Source of the DNA: Casimicrobiaceae bacterium
GTDB lineage: Bacteria; Pseudomonadota; Gammaproteobacteria; Burkholderiales; Casimicrobiaceae
DNA length: 64,000 bases
NCBI GenBank assembly: GCA_035499955.1
Contig: DATJXV010000011.1
Coordinates: forward strand, 11,277-75,276
Reading direction: 5' to 3'
This document shows, piece after piece, positions 18,670-28,561 of this stretch. Position 1 is the stretch's first letter. Each line of letters starts with the position of its first letter. Both the position numbers and the translations under genes were made by a program. The notes under the pieces are model-generated. The model did not search any database. It saw only the letters and a program-made list of their open reading frames with translations, and was not told where the DNA came from.

Positions 18670-20034
18670 CTAGTCGCCGCGCGCGAGGCTCCGCGCGAGC
18701 GCGTTGTGGCGCTCCACCAGCACGGGCAGGTCGGCCGTTGCGAGCACGCCGCCGCGCACGACGGTGCGGCCTTGGATCAGCGAAAGCGCCGCGCGCACCG
18801 GGGCGCAGAAGACGAGCGCGGCAAGCGGGTCGTGCAGCGCACCGGCGAAGCCGATATCGGAGAGATCGAACGCCGCGATGTCGGCCGCCATGCCGGGCGC
18901 GAGCTGCCCGATGTCGTCGCGGCCGAGGACGCGAGCGCCGCCACGGGTTGCCATCGCGAGTGCTTCACGCGCAGTGAGCGCCGCCGCATCAAAGCCGACG
19001 CGCGCGAGCAGCAGCGCCTGCCGGGCTTCGGCGAGCAGGTGCGAGGCGTCGTTCGATGCCGAGCCGTCCACGCCCAGGCCGACCGCCACACCCGCGTCGA
19101 GCATGCGCCGGACGGGCGCGATGCCCGAGGACAGACGCATGTTCGAAGACGGGCAGTGGGCGACGCCCGTACCGGTGCGCGCGAACAAGTCGATCCCATG
19201 CGCGTCGAGCTTCACGCAGTGCGCGTGCCACACGTGCGGCCCCGTCCATCCCACATCGCCCGTGTACTGCGCCGGCGTGCAGCCGAAGCGCTCGCGCGAG
19301 TACGCGACGTCGTTGTCGCTTTCGGCCAGGTGAGTGTGCAGGCCGACGCCGTAGGACGCTGCGAGCGCGGCCGTCTCGCGCATGAGATCGCGCGAGACCG
19401 TGAACGGCGAGCAAGGCGCGGCGGCCACGCGCAGCATCGCGTGCCGCGAGCTGTCGTGGAACGTCTCGATCGCCCGCTGCGTATCGCGCAGGATGGCGTC
19501 CTCGCGCTCGACCAGGTCGTCGGGCGGCAGGCCTCCCTGCGATTCGCCCAGGCTCATCGCGCCGCGGCACGCGTGGAAGCGCAGGCCGAGATCGCGTGCC
19601 GCCTCGATGGTGTCGTCGAGGCGGCTGCCGTTGGGGAAGAGGTAGAGATGGTCGCTCGCCGTCGTGCAGCCCGACAGCAACAGCTCGGCGATCGCAACCC
19701 GGGCCGACACACCGAGCATCTCGGGCGTCAGGCGCCGCCACAGCGGATAGAGGGCGCGCAGCCAGCCGAAGAGCTCCGCGTCCTGCGCCGCGGGCACGGC
19801 GCGCGTGAGCGTCTGGAAGAAGTGGTGATGCGTATTGACGAGACCCGGGAGGACGACCTTGCCGCGGCAGTCGTGGACCTCGTCCGCGACGGCGGGGAGG
19901 CACGCGGACGGACCCACCGCTTCGATCACGTGGCCGCGGACGAAGACGGCGCCGTCAGCGATCTCGCGGCGTGCTTCGTCCATGGTCGCGACGAGCATGG
20001 CGTTGCGAAGAAGCACGGTGCGCGGCGGCGTCAT
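18670..20034 (-). CDS. 8-oxoguanine deaminase-like amidohydrolase
   Basis: PGLVNTHHHFFQTLTRA, SDHLYLFP, APCSPF, HTHLAE, AHCPSSNMRL, GVDGSASND. Confidence 0.82.
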   Translation of the reverse strand: MTPPRTVLLRNAMLVATMDEARREIADGAVFVRGHVIEAVGPSACLPAVADEVHDCRGKVVLPGLVNTHHHFFQTLTRAVPAAQDAELFGWLRALYPLWRRLTPEMLGVSARVAIAELLLSGCTTASDHLYLFPNGSRLDDTIEAARDLGLRFHACRGAMSLGESQGGLPPDDLVEREDAILRDTQRAIETFHDSSRHAMLRVAAAPCSPFTVSRDLMRETAALAASYGVGLHTHLAESDNDVAYSRERFGCTPAQYTGDVGWTGPHVWHAHCVKLDAHGIDLFARTGTGVAHCPSSNMRLSSGIAPVRRMLDAGVAVGLGVDGSASNDASHLLAEARQALLLARVGFDAAALTAREALAMATRGGARVLGRDDIGQLAPGMAADIAAFDLSDIGFAGALHDPLAALVFCAPVRAALSLIQGRTVVRGGVLATADLPVLVERHNALARSLARGD

Positions 20035-20095
20035 GCGCGCACTCTACGCGATCGGCACCGGCCCGAATCGTCCGAATGCGATAATGAGCGCCGCA

Positions 20096-21505
20096 ATGGG
20101 CGCGCCTGCCGAACTTGCCGCGCTGTTCGCTTCGCAGCGGGCCGCGTTCGAACGCGAGCGCTATCCGTCGCTCGCGGTGCGCCAGGACCGCCTCGCGCGG
20201 CTCAAGTCAATCGTCGTCGCGCACGAAGCGCGCTTCGTCGAGGCGGTCGATCGCGATTTCGGCGGACGCTCGGGGCATGAGACGAGACTCGCCGAGCTCT
20301 ACATCGTCGCCGCCGAGGTTGCCGACGCACAGCGCCATCTCGCGCGCTGGATGCGCGCTGAGCGCGTGTCGACACCGCTGCACCTCAAGCCCGCGCGGGC
20401 GCGCGTGGAGCGGCAGCCGGTCGGCGTCGTCGGCGTGATCAGCCCGTGGAATTATCCCGTGCAGCTCGCGCTCGCGCCGGTCGTGGGGGCGCTCGCAGCG
20501 GGAAACCGCGTCCTGCTCAAGCCTTCGGAGCTCACCCCCGCGACGTCCGAGCTCCTGCGCGAGCTCGTCGCGGCGGCGTTCGCCGAGGACGAGCTCGCGG
20601 TCGTGCTGGGCGATGCGGCCGTGGGCCGGGCCTTCACGCAGCTGTCCTTCGACCACCTCTTCTTCACGGGCTCGACCGCGGTCGGCCGCGCGGTGGCGCG
20701 CGCCGCCGCGGAAAACCTGACGCCCGTTACGCTGGAGCTCGGCGGCAAGTCACCCGCGCTCGTCGCGCCGGATGCGGACCTCGCCCTCGCGGCGCCGCGT
20801 CTCATGGCCGGCAAGCTCCTCAACGCGGGCCAGACCTGCATCGCGCCCGATTACGCGCTCGTGCCCGAGGGGAGTGCAGAGGCTTTCGTGACCGCAGTCG
20901 AGCGCGCGGCGGCGGCGCTCTATCCCACTTACGTCGCGAACCGGGACTACACCGCGATCGTCAACGCGCGGCATCACGCGCGACTCGCAGCACTCGTGGC
21001 CGACGCGCGGGCGCAGGGGGCGCGCGTCGTCGAGCTAGGCGAAGCGCCTTCGGCGGACTCGCGCAAGATGCCGCCCATGCTCGTCCTCGGCGTCACGGAC
21101 GCCATGGCGGTGATGCGCGAGGAGATCTTCGGGCCTATCCTGCCGGTCGAGACGTACGCAAGCGTCGACGACGCCATCGCGAAGATCAATTCGAGGCCGC
21201 ATCCGCTCGCGTTCTACTACTTCGGGCGCGACGGCGTGCGGATGGGGAAGGTGCTCGCGGAGACCACCGCCGGCGGCGTCACCGTCAACGACACGATCTG
21301 GCACTTCGCGCACAAGAACCTGCCGTTCGGCGGCGTGGGTGCTTCCGGCATCGGCGCCTACCACGGCGAGGCGTCGTTCCTCGCCTTCACGCATCGCAAG
21401 CCCGTGTTCGTGCAGCCGCGGCTCGCCGCCACGCGGCTGCTGTACCCGCCCTACGGCGCCGCTTTCGAGAGAGTGCTTGCGTTGCTGCGCAAGCTCAACG
21501 GCTAG
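20096..21505 (+). CDS. Aldehyde dehydrogenase (coniferyl-aldehyde dehydrogenase-like)
   Basis: SPWNYP, FTGSTAVG, LELGGKSP, NAGQTCIAPDY, EEIFGP. Extended -10 TGCGATAAT at 20077-20085 favours ATG 20096 (alternative 20084). Confidence 0.9.
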   Translation: MGAPAELAALFASQRAAFERERYPSLAVRQDRLARLKSIVVAHEARFVEAVDRDFGGRSGHETRLAELYIVAAEVADAQRHLARWMRAERVSTPLHLKPARARVERQPVGVVGVISPWNYPVQLALAPVVGALAAGNRVLLKPSELTPATSELLRELVAAAFAEDELAVVLGDAAVGRAFTQLSFDHLFFTGSTAVGRAVARAAAENLTPVTLELGGKSPALVAPDADLALAAPRLMAGKLLNAGQTCIAPDYALVPEGSAEAFVTAVERAAAALYPTYVANRDYTAIVNARHHARLAALVADARAQGARVVELGEAPSADSRKMPPMLVLGVTDAMAVMREEIFGPILPVETYASVDDAIAKINSRPHPLAFYYFGRDGVRMGKVLAETTAGGVTVNDTIWHFAHKNLPFGGVGASGIGAYHGEASFLAFTHRKPVFVQPRLAATRLLYPPYGAAFERVLALLRKLNG

Positions 21506-21543
21506 GTCGAAGTCGGGAATTCGCGGCGAGCTCGATTCCGCGA

Positions 21544-22839
21544 CTACGTCCGCATTCCGACGCGCAGCGTCCAGCCCGCCTTGCCGAATTCCTGCGTCGC
21601 CCGCTCGCTCGCAGCGCCGGCGATCAGCAGAATCCTTCGCTTTCCCTTCAGTTCCGCGCGCTGCGCGAATCCGGCTGCGGCCTTGTCCCAGTAGGCGTAG
21701 TCGATGGCCGCGGCGATCACCAGGGTGCCGTCCTCCGCGACACCCACCGGCACCAGGCCGCTCATCCGGAGCTTGGCGAGCCTCGCCTCCTTGCCGCCGT
21801 ACTGGCCGAGCATCCGCACGGATTCCACGAGGAACCTGACGTAGGTCTCGCCCTGCACCTGCGAGGCAACCCGGATCACCGATTCCGCGCCGGCGATGCC
21901 GCCCATCTTCGACATTGCGACAACCAGCGCTGTCTGCAGCGACGGCGTGAACCACCGGTTGCGAAGGAAGTCGCGCGTGGTGCGTGCGCTCACGCCCATG
22001 CCGGCAAGTCGCGATTCGTTCTGCCTTGCGAGGTCGACCGGGGGCTGGTTCCATACGGCATCGCGAACGTCGGTGTCGAACGCGACGACCAGGTTCGCGC
22101 CCATCGAGGCCGCGCCGATCGCCGTATTGACCGCGAAGCTTCCGGCAAAGCTCGCCGCCGACGCGTTGTCGAGCAGCGGCCGCAGCACCGGGTTGGACGT
22201 GTAGGGGTCGATATTGAGCTGCCTCGCCCAATCGCGGCGCGCCTTGTTGTAGCCGAAGGGATCGCCCGTGAAGGCGGACGGCATTGCTTCCCCGGCTGGA
22301 GCCGGCGGAAGGCCGGACGGCGCCGACGCTCCACCGCTCGTGCTGTCCGCCACCGATTGAGCGCCCGACCTGGCCAGGAAGCCGACGCGCCCCAGCACGT
22401 TGCCAAGCCCCTGGCCGACGTTCTCTACCGTGCCGACAGGATTGGCGACCGCGCTTTGCACCAGCTGAATCGGCGCCTGGGCCGCCCTCACGAGGGAATC
22501 CTGGAAGGCCTGGCTCTTCTGCACTTCCTGCAACGCTTCGATCGCTTGCAGCTCGTTGACGCGCACGGCGAGCATGTTCGCGCCGACCACGGAGAAGGTG
22601 CCGAATTTCGACTCGATCACGAACCGCCCGAAGAAGCCTTCCAGCGCCACGGGCTCGGCGACGGTGTGCAACGGTCCTTTCAAGAGCGCTGCCGGGACAA
22701 GCTCCGCGCCAGGCAGCGAGGGCACGGTCTCGAAGCCGTCCTTGGGCGCAGCGAACGCCGCTCCGGCGGTGACGGCGGTCGCGGCCGCAAACAGGCAGGC
22801 CACGGTGAAGGCGCCTCGGGTCATGGGCTTAGGTGTCAT
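21544..22839 (-). CDS. Hypothetical secreted protein (~430 aa)
   Basis: Signal-like TRGAFTVACLFAAATAVTAGAAFA followed by a natural-looking globular sequence; no family recognised; start uncertain (22839 or 22824). Confidence 0.6.
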   Translation of the reverse strand: MTPKPMTRGAFTVACLFAAATAVTAGAAFAAPKDGFETVPSLPGAELVPAALLKGPLHTVAEPVALEGFFGRFVIESKFGTFSVVGANMLAVRVNELQAIEALQEVQKSQAFQDSLVRAAQAPIQLVQSAVANPVGTVENVGQGLGNVLGRVGFLARSGAQSVADSTSGGASAPSGLPPAPAGEAMPSAFTGDPFGYNKARRDWARQLNIDPYTSNPVLRPLLDNASAASFAGSFAVNTAIGAASMGANLVVAFDTDVRDAVWNQPPVDLARQNESRLAGMGVSARTTRDFLRNRWFTPSLQTALVVAMSKMGGIAGAESVIRVASQVQGETYVRFLVESVRMLGQYGGKEARLAKLRMSGLVPVGVAEDGTLVIAAAIDYAYWDKAAAGFAQRAELKGKRRILLIAGAASERATQEFGKAGWTLRVGMRT

Positions 22840-22928
22840 GGTCGGCTTCGAGTAGGTTTGGGATGCGGTCGACGCATCGTGTAGATGATTTTCAATCGCA
22901 GCCGAAGGCACGGAGCCCGGACAGCGCA

Positions 22929-24323
22929 CTACTCGTCGGACAGGGCGCGCACCCGGCCGGAACGAATCGCCTTCACCAGTGCCGCGTGGTCCTCCTGCGT
23001 CTGGTCCGCATAGGCCAGCGCGAACGCCGCAATCGCCTGGTCGAAGGCGTCCCCCTTGCCGAGGTAGCCGCTGATGGTGGCGGCATCTCCCGACTTGGCA
23101 TGGGCGCGCGCCAGCGTCCAGCCGCACACGTGCGCGTAGCGCCCGAGCTGCGCGGCCGTGAATCCGTCCACCGGAACCGACATCTTCATGTCCCGCAGTT
23201 GGCGCACGTAGTAATCGTAGCCCCGTCGTCCGCGCACCCAGCCGAGGAAGATGTCGCTGGAGGACTGCATGAGCCGCTGTCCCACGACGACGCGCTGGCC
23301 CTGATTCTTGTAGGCGCTTTTCCCCGCGTAGGGTTCGAGGACGGAGCGGACGGCTTCCTTGAACTGGAGGATCAGGGGGTGGCCGTCTTCCGAGAAGAGC
23401 AAGCCGATGTAGCAGCGTGTGCCGACGCTCCCGATGCCGACCACCTTCATCGCGAAATCTTCCAGGCGATAGCGGTCGAGCAGGACGCGGCGCTCGTCGG
23501 GCAGCGAGTCGCGGTAGTCGACCACCGCCTCGCGAAGCCGCGATTCCACGTCCGGCTCATCGACATGGAAGAGAACCGGCGGCTGATCGACGAGCCGGTG
23601 GCGTCCGCCGACCTGGGTGGTGATCTTGGGGAAGAGGCTTTCGATGACCCGTTCGCGCGCACGGTCCACGATCTGTCGCCGGAATTTTCTCTCCTTCGCG
23701 CCCGGCGCCGCCTTGATCAGGGATTCCGCGTCCAGCCGCTGGTACCAGACTTCCAGCGGACGCACGCGGGAGCAATCGCGAAGATGCTCACGATAGGCTG
23801 AGGCGCACGCCAGCACGGCGGCGCGACTGTCATCGTCCGAAAGCCGATTGTCGCGCCCGGCGACCACGAAGCTCGCGGCAAGGCGCTTGACGTCCCACTC
23901 CCACGGCGCGGGAATCGTCTCGTCGAAGTCGTTAAGATCGAAGACCAGGTTCCTCTCGGGTGTGGCGAACGCGCCGAAGTTGAGCAAGTGGCAGTCGCCG
24001 CACGCTTGCACGCGAACGCCGGTCGTCGGCGTGGCGGCCAGGTCGAACGCCATGAGCGCCGCCGAGCCGCGCAGGAAGGTGAAGGGACTGCGCACCATCC
24101 GCCCGTAGCGCAGCGGCACCAGGGCGGCCAGCCGCCCGCGGTTCGACGCTTCCAGGATATCGATGGGGTCGCGGCCCCTGCGCCTGGGCCTCCATTGCCC
24201 GTGGCTCTTTCGCGGTACGCGCTCGCGCAGCGCCGTTCCGGCCGCAATTCGCTCCGCACGCGGGTGGAAGTCCGCGATGTTTCCCGACGGGTCGAGCGCG
24301 GGCGCACGCTTCGTCGATCGCAC
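22929..24323 (-). CDS. DUF2252-family protein (predicted kinase-like)
   Basis: RYGRMVRSPFTFLRGSA, CGDCHLLNFG, FDLNDFDE, KVVGIGSVG, LQFKEA, YVRQLRDMK. GTG start overlaps the ppk2 stop (TAGTG). Confidence 0.88.
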   Translation of the reverse strand: MRSTKRAPALDPSGNIADFHPRAERIAAGTALRERVPRKSHGQWRPRRRGRDPIDILEASNRGRLAALVPLRYGRMVRSPFTFLRGSAALMAFDLAATPTTGVRVQACGDCHLLNFGAFATPERNLVFDLNDFDETIPAPWEWDVKRLAASFVVAGRDNRLSDDDSRAAVLACASAYREHLRDCSRVRPLEVWYQRLDAESLIKAAPGAKERKFRRQIVDRARERVIESLFPKITTQVGGRHRLVDQPPVLFHVDEPDVESRLREAVVDYRDSLPDERRVLLDRYRLEDFAMKVVGIGSVGTRCYIGLLFSEDGHPLILQFKEAVRSVLEPYAGKSAYKNQGQRVVVGQRLMQSSSDIFLGWVRGRRGYDYYVRQLRDMKMSVPVDGFTAAQLGRYAHVCGWTLARAHAKSGDAATISGYLGKGDAFDQAIAAFALAYADQTQEDHAALVKAIRSGRVRALSDE

Positions 24324-25402
24324 TACGTGCCCTGCTTCTCGCCGCGCTCGTACACGATGTGCGCGCGCCCGACGAGCAGGGGATCGACCGCGCTGATGCG
24401 CTCGGGATCCTTGGCCGCGTAGTTGAACGAATGCAGGAGGTAGCGCAGCGCGTTGAGGCGCGCGCGCTTCTTGTCGTCGGACTTGATCACCGTCCAAGGC
24501 GCGTCGGCGGTGTCGGTGTGGAAGAACATCGCTTCCTTGGCCTTCGTGTAGTCGCCCCACTTGTCGAGCGAGGCCTTGTCGACGGGCGACAGCTTCCACT
24601 GCTTGAGCGGGTGCGACTCGCGCTCGTCGAAGCGGCGGCGCTGCTCCTCGCGGCTCACCGAGAACCAGTACTTGATGAGGAAGATGCCGCTGTGCACGAG
24701 GTTCTGCTCGAACACCGGCGCCTGCCGCATGAACTCCAGATACTCCTTCTCGGAGCAGAAGCCCATCACACGCTCCACGCCGGCGCGGTTGTACCAGGAG
24801 CGGTCGAACAGCACGATCTCGCCGGCCGTCGGCAGGTGCCGCACGTAACGCTGGAAGTACCATTGGCCGCGCTCGTCCTCCGACGGCTTGTCGAGCGCGA
24901 CCACGCGCGCGCCGCGCGGGTTCAAATGCTCCATGAAGCGCTTGATGGTGCCGCCCTTGCCGGCGGCGTCGCGCCCCTCGAAGAGCACGACGACCTTCTG
25001 GCCCGTGTCCTTCACCCACGCCTGCAGCTTGAGCAATTCCACTTGCAGGCGGTACTTCTGGCGCTCGTAGCTCTTGCGCGACAGCAGGTACTGGTAGGGG
25101 TAGCCGCCCGTGCGCCAGTCGGCGGAGAGCTCCTGCTCGAGGTCTATGCCGCGTTCGAGCAGGGCCGCCGGCGCTTCCTTGATCTTCTGCGGCGGCGCGC
25201 GCCGCGAAGGGGGAATGTCCGCGCGCGCGGCGCGCTCCGAGAGCGTGGCGGCCTGCACGCGCTGGTGGACGACGGACCGCTCGACCGCCACCGGCGAGCG
25301 CGCGGGATCCACGTCGCCGGCCGAAACCGGACGCCGGCGCACGGAACGGCTCGGAGTCTTCAGGGTGCTCGCCAAGTCTTCGTCCTGTTCTGGAGGGCTC
25401 AC
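24323..25402 (-). CDS. ppk2: Polyphosphate kinase 2 (class I-like), copy 1
   Basis: FEGRDAAGKGG, FDRSWYNRAGVERVMGFC, LKQWKLSPVD; ~90-aa low-complexity N-terminal extension; GTG start overlaps the BMP stop (GTGA). Confidence 0.95.
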   Translation of the reverse strand: MSPPEQDEDLASTLKTPSRSVRRRPVSAGDVDPARSPVAVERSVVHQRVQAATLSERAARADIPPSRRAPPQKIKEAPAALLERGIDLEQELSADWRTGGYPYQYLLSRKSYERQKYRLQVELLKLQAWVKDTGQKVVVLFEGRDAAGKGGTIKRFMEHLNPRGARVVALDKPSEDERGQWYFQRYVRHLPTAGEIVLFDRSWYNRAGVERVMGFCSEKEYLEFMRQAPVFEQNLVHSGIFLIKYWFSVSREEQRRRFDERESHPLKQWKLSPVDKASLDKWGDYTKAKEAMFFHTDTADAPWTVIKSDDKKRARLNALRYLLHSFNYAAKDPERISAVDPLLVGRAHIVYERGEKQGT

Positions 25403-26502
25403 TTGCTCGACGGCAGCTTGCCGATCACGCCTTCGACGTAGTAGTCCATCTTCGAAAGCTCCGCGTCGGTGATGGTCTTGCCCGCGGCCAGGCGCTCCTT
25501 GCCCTCGTTATCCTTCATCGGGCCCGTGAACGGATTGAGCTTGCCGGCGGCGATCTCGTCCTGCGCCTTCTTCACGAGCGCCTGCACGTCGGGCGGCACG
25601 ACCTTGTTGTACGGCGCGAGCTTGATCATGCCGTCCTTGATGCCGCCCCAGACGTTGTCGGACTGCCACTTGCCGTCAACCACGGATTGCGCGACCTTCG
25701 TGTAGTAGTCGCCCCAGTGGTGCGTCACCGCGGTGAGCTGCGCGTTCGGCCCGTACTTCGACATGTCGGAGTGGTAGGCGATCGAGTAGACCTTCTTCGC
25801 CTCCGCGGCCTGCGTCACGGCGGGCGAGTCGGTGTGGTGCGTGAGCACGTCGGCGTTCTGGGAGATGAGCGTGTTGGCGGCCTCGGTCTCCTTGCCCGGG
25901 TCGAACCACGAGCTCGTCCAGATCACCTTGACCTCGGCCTTCGGATTGACGCTGCGCATGCCGCGCGTGAAGGCATTGATGCCCATCACGACCTCGGGAA
26001 TCGGGAACGCGGCGACGTAGCCCGCCACCCCCGTCTTCGACATCTTGCCGGCGACGATGCCCGCGAGGTAGCGGCCTTCGTAGAAGCGCGCGTTGTAGAT
26101 GCCGACGTTCTTGGACGTCTTGTAGCCCGTCGCATGCTCGAACTTGACGTTCGGGAACGACTGCGCGACCTTGATCGTCGGGTTCATGTACCCGAACGAG
26201 GTCGTGAAGATCAAGTTGTGACCCGTCTGCGCGAGTTCGCGGATCACGCGCTCGGCGTCGGCGCCTTCGGGCACGTTCTCGATGTACTTGGTCGTGACCT
26301 TGCCGCCGAGATTCTTCTCCATCTCCTTGCGGCCGGTGTCATGCTGGAAGGTCCATCCGGCGTCGCCTATCGGGCTCACGTAGACGAAGCCGATCTTCAG
26401 GGGCTCGCCGGCCTTGGGCGCCTGCGCGGCGGCGGGGAGGGCGAGGGCGATCGCGCAGGCGGTCATGGCCGCGAGCGTCGTTCTGCGGGTCGGGCGGGTC
26501 AT
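25399..26502 (-). CDS. BMP-family purine/nucleoside ABC substrate-binding protein
   Basis: KIGFVYVSPIGDAGWTFQH, IFTTSFGY, FEHATG, RFYEGRY, WFDPGKE, HHTDS; AGGAG SD. Confidence 0.92.
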   Translation of the reverse strand: MTRPTRRTTLAAMTACAIALALPAAAQAPKAGEPLKIGFVYVSPIGDAGWTFQHDTGRKEMEKNLGGKVTTKYIENVPEGADAERVIRELAQTGHNLIFTTSFGYMNPTIKVAQSFPNVKFEHATGYKTSKNVGIYNARFYEGRYLAGIVAGKMSKTGVAGYVAAFPIPEVVMGINAFTRGMRSVNPKAEVKVIWTSSWFDPGKETEAANTLISQNADVLTHHTDSPAVTQAAEAKKVYSIAYHSDMSKYGPNAQLTAVTHHWGDYYTKVAQSVVDGKWQSDNVWGGIKDGMIKLAPYNKVVPPDVQALVKKAQDEIAAGKLNPFTGPMKDNEGKERLAAGKTITDAELSKMDYYVEGVIGKLPSSK

Positions 26503-26548
26503 CGGGATCTCCTGGGAGGGAACGGCGGGCAAGCGCGGCATTTTACGC

Positions 26549-27469
26549 CTACCCGTCAGGGTGGAAAGGTCGTCCGAGCGACGCCGGCGCGTTGAGCTTG
26601 ATGGTCGCGGCGTCGCGCGAAATGATCGCGAGCACGACGATGGTCGCGACGTAGGGCAGCATCGACAGGTACTGGGCGGGAATTTCCACACCGAGGCCCT
26701 GCGCCTGGAACTGCGCGAGCGTCACGCCGCCGAAAAGGTAAGCGCCGGCGAGCACGCGCCACGGCTTCCATGTGGCGAACACGACCAGCGCGAGCGCGAT
26801 CCAGCCGCGGCCGGCGGTCATGCCCTCCACCCACGACGGGTTGTAGACGATGGAGAGGTAGGCGCCGGCCAGCCCCGCGCAGGCGCCGCCGAACATCACG
26901 GCGGCGTAGCGGATGCGCACCACCGGGTATCCGATGGCGTGCGCCGACTGCGGGGACTCGCCGACCGCGCGCAGGACGAGTCCGGCGCGCGTGTGGAACA
27001 GGAACCACTGGATCGCGGCGAACAGGACGAGCGAAACGTAGACGAGCGGGTTGTGGGCGAAGAGGAGCTTGCCGAGCACCGGAAGGTCGCTTAGGCCCGC
27101 AATCGCAATCGGCCGGATCGGATCGATCACCACGCTCACGTACGACAGGCCCACGAACGCCGAAAGGCCCACGCCGAACAGCGACAACGCGAGGCCCGAA
27201 GCGACCTGGTTGGCCTGCAGCGTCAGCGTCACGAGCGCGAAGACGAGCGACAGCGCCGCGCCGGCGGCGATGCCTGCGACCACGCCCAGCCACGGCGACT
27301 TCGTGTTGGCGGCGACGATGAACGCGACCACGGCGCCGACGAGCATCATGCCCTCGACGCCGAGGTTCAGCACGCCCGACTTCTCGGTGACGAGCTCGCC
27401 GAGCGCGGCGAACACGAGCGGCGTGCCCGCGGCCAGCGTGAGCAGGACCAACTGCGCGGCGGTATCCAT
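26549..27469 (-). CDS. Nucleoside/purine ABC permease
   Basis: [37 protein letters not shown]; TGATG overlap with the upstream permease. Confidence 0.92.
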   Translation of the reverse strand: MDTAAQLVLLTLAAGTPLVFAALGELVTEKSGVLNLGVEGMMLVGAVVAFIVAANTKSPWLGVVAGIAAGAALSLVFALVTLTLQANQVASGLALSLFGVGLSAFVGLSYVSVVIDPIRPIAIAGLSDLPVLGKLLFAHNPLVYVSLVLFAAIQWFLFHTRAGLVLRAVGESPQSAHAIGYPVVRIRYAAVMFGGACAGLAGAYLSIVYNPSWVEGMTAGRGWIALALVVFATWKPWRVLAGAYLFGGVTLAQFQAQGLGVEIPAQYLSMLPYVATIVVLAIISRDAATIKLNAPASLGRPFHPDG

Positions 27470-28554
27470 CAGGCCGGTCGCGCCGCGGCGGCCGGCGCGC
27501 GAACGATGCGCAGGCGGTAGTGGATGAACACGTCGGCCGCGAGCAGGAACAGCAGGAGCGTCCCCTGGAACAAGCCCGTCACCGAGGATGGCAGCGCGAG
27601 CTTCATCTGCGCCGCTTCGCCGCCCAGATACAGGAGCGACATGAGGAGGCTCGCGAAGAAGATGCCGAGCGGATGGAGCCGTCCGACGAAGGCGACGATG
27701 ATCGCCGCGAAGCCGTAGCCGGGCGAGATGACCGGCAGGAGCTGCCCCACGGGGCCAGCGACCTCGCCGATGCCCGCGAGGCCCGCGCACCCGCCGCCGA
27801 TCAGCATGCCCATCCATACCGTGCGGTTCGCGGAGATGCCCGCATAGTTGGCCGCCGCGGGCGCGAGGCCCGCCACCCGCATCTGGAAGCCGGGCAGGCT
27901 CTTGCGCATGAACAGCCATCCGGCGGCGACCGCGGCCAGCGCGATCAGGAATCCGACGTTGAGGCGCGTGTCGGGCACGAGGTTCGGCAGGAGCGCGTGC
28001 TCGGCGAACATCTTCGACTGCGGGAAGTTGAAGCCCTCCGGGTCGCGCCACGCGCCGTGCACGAGCAGCGACAGCACGAGCGAGGCGACGTATACGAGCA
28101 TCAGCGACACGAGGATCTCGTTGGCGTTGAAGCGCGTGCGCAGCAATGCGGGTATCGCCGCCCACAGCATGCCGCCCGCCATGCCCGCGAGCAGCATGAG
28201 CGGCAGCACCCAGCGCGTCTCGATGTCCTGGAACGCGAGCGCGATGCCGCCGCCGCAGATCGCACCCATGATGAGCTGCCCCTCCGCGCCGATGTTCCAT
28301 ACGTTCGCGCGATACCCGACCGCGAGGCCGATCGCGCACAGCATGATCGGGCTCGCCTTGAGAAGGAGCTCGGCCGCCTTGTAGCGCTCGTCGATGGGGT
28401 CGATGAAGAACGTGTACATCGCCTGCCACGGGTCCTTGCCCATCGCCGTGAACAGCACGAAGCCGATGAGGAGGACCGCAAGTGTCGCGACGATCGGCGA
28501 CAGCCAGCGCGCAAGGCGCGACGGCTCTCGGCGAGCTTCGAGGAGGATGCGCAT
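27469..28554 (-). CDS. Nucleoside/purine ABC permease
   Basis: WNIGAEGQ, ANEILVSLML, GYGFAAIIVAFVGRLHP. Confidence 0.92.
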   Translation of the reverse strand: MRILLEARREPSRLARWLSPIVATLAVLLIGFVLFTAMGKDPWQAMYTFFIDPIDERYKAAELLLKASPIMLCAIGLAVGYRANVWNIGAEGQLIMGAICGGGIALAFQDIETRWVLPLMLLAGMAGGMLWAAIPALLRTRFNANEILVSLMLVYVASLVLSLLVHGAWRDPEGFNFPQSKMFAEHALLPNLVPDTRLNVGFLIALAAVAAGWLFMRKSLPGFQMRVAGLAPAAANYAGISANRTVWMGMLIGGGCAGLAGIGEVAGPVGQLLPVISPGYGFAAIIVAFVGRLHPLGIFFASLLMSLLYLGGEAAQMKLALPSSVTGLFQGTLLLFLLAADVFIHYRLRIVRAPAAAARPA

Positions 28555-28561
28555 CGGAGTT

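Noticed and set aside
24324-25019. Apparent PPK2-region extension of the DUF2252 ORF (696 aa), suggesting a fusion or frameshift
   Set aside because: The extension is off-frame to ppk2 and low-complexity, and ppk2 has its own stop. A TAGTG stop/start overlap explains the junction without recoding.
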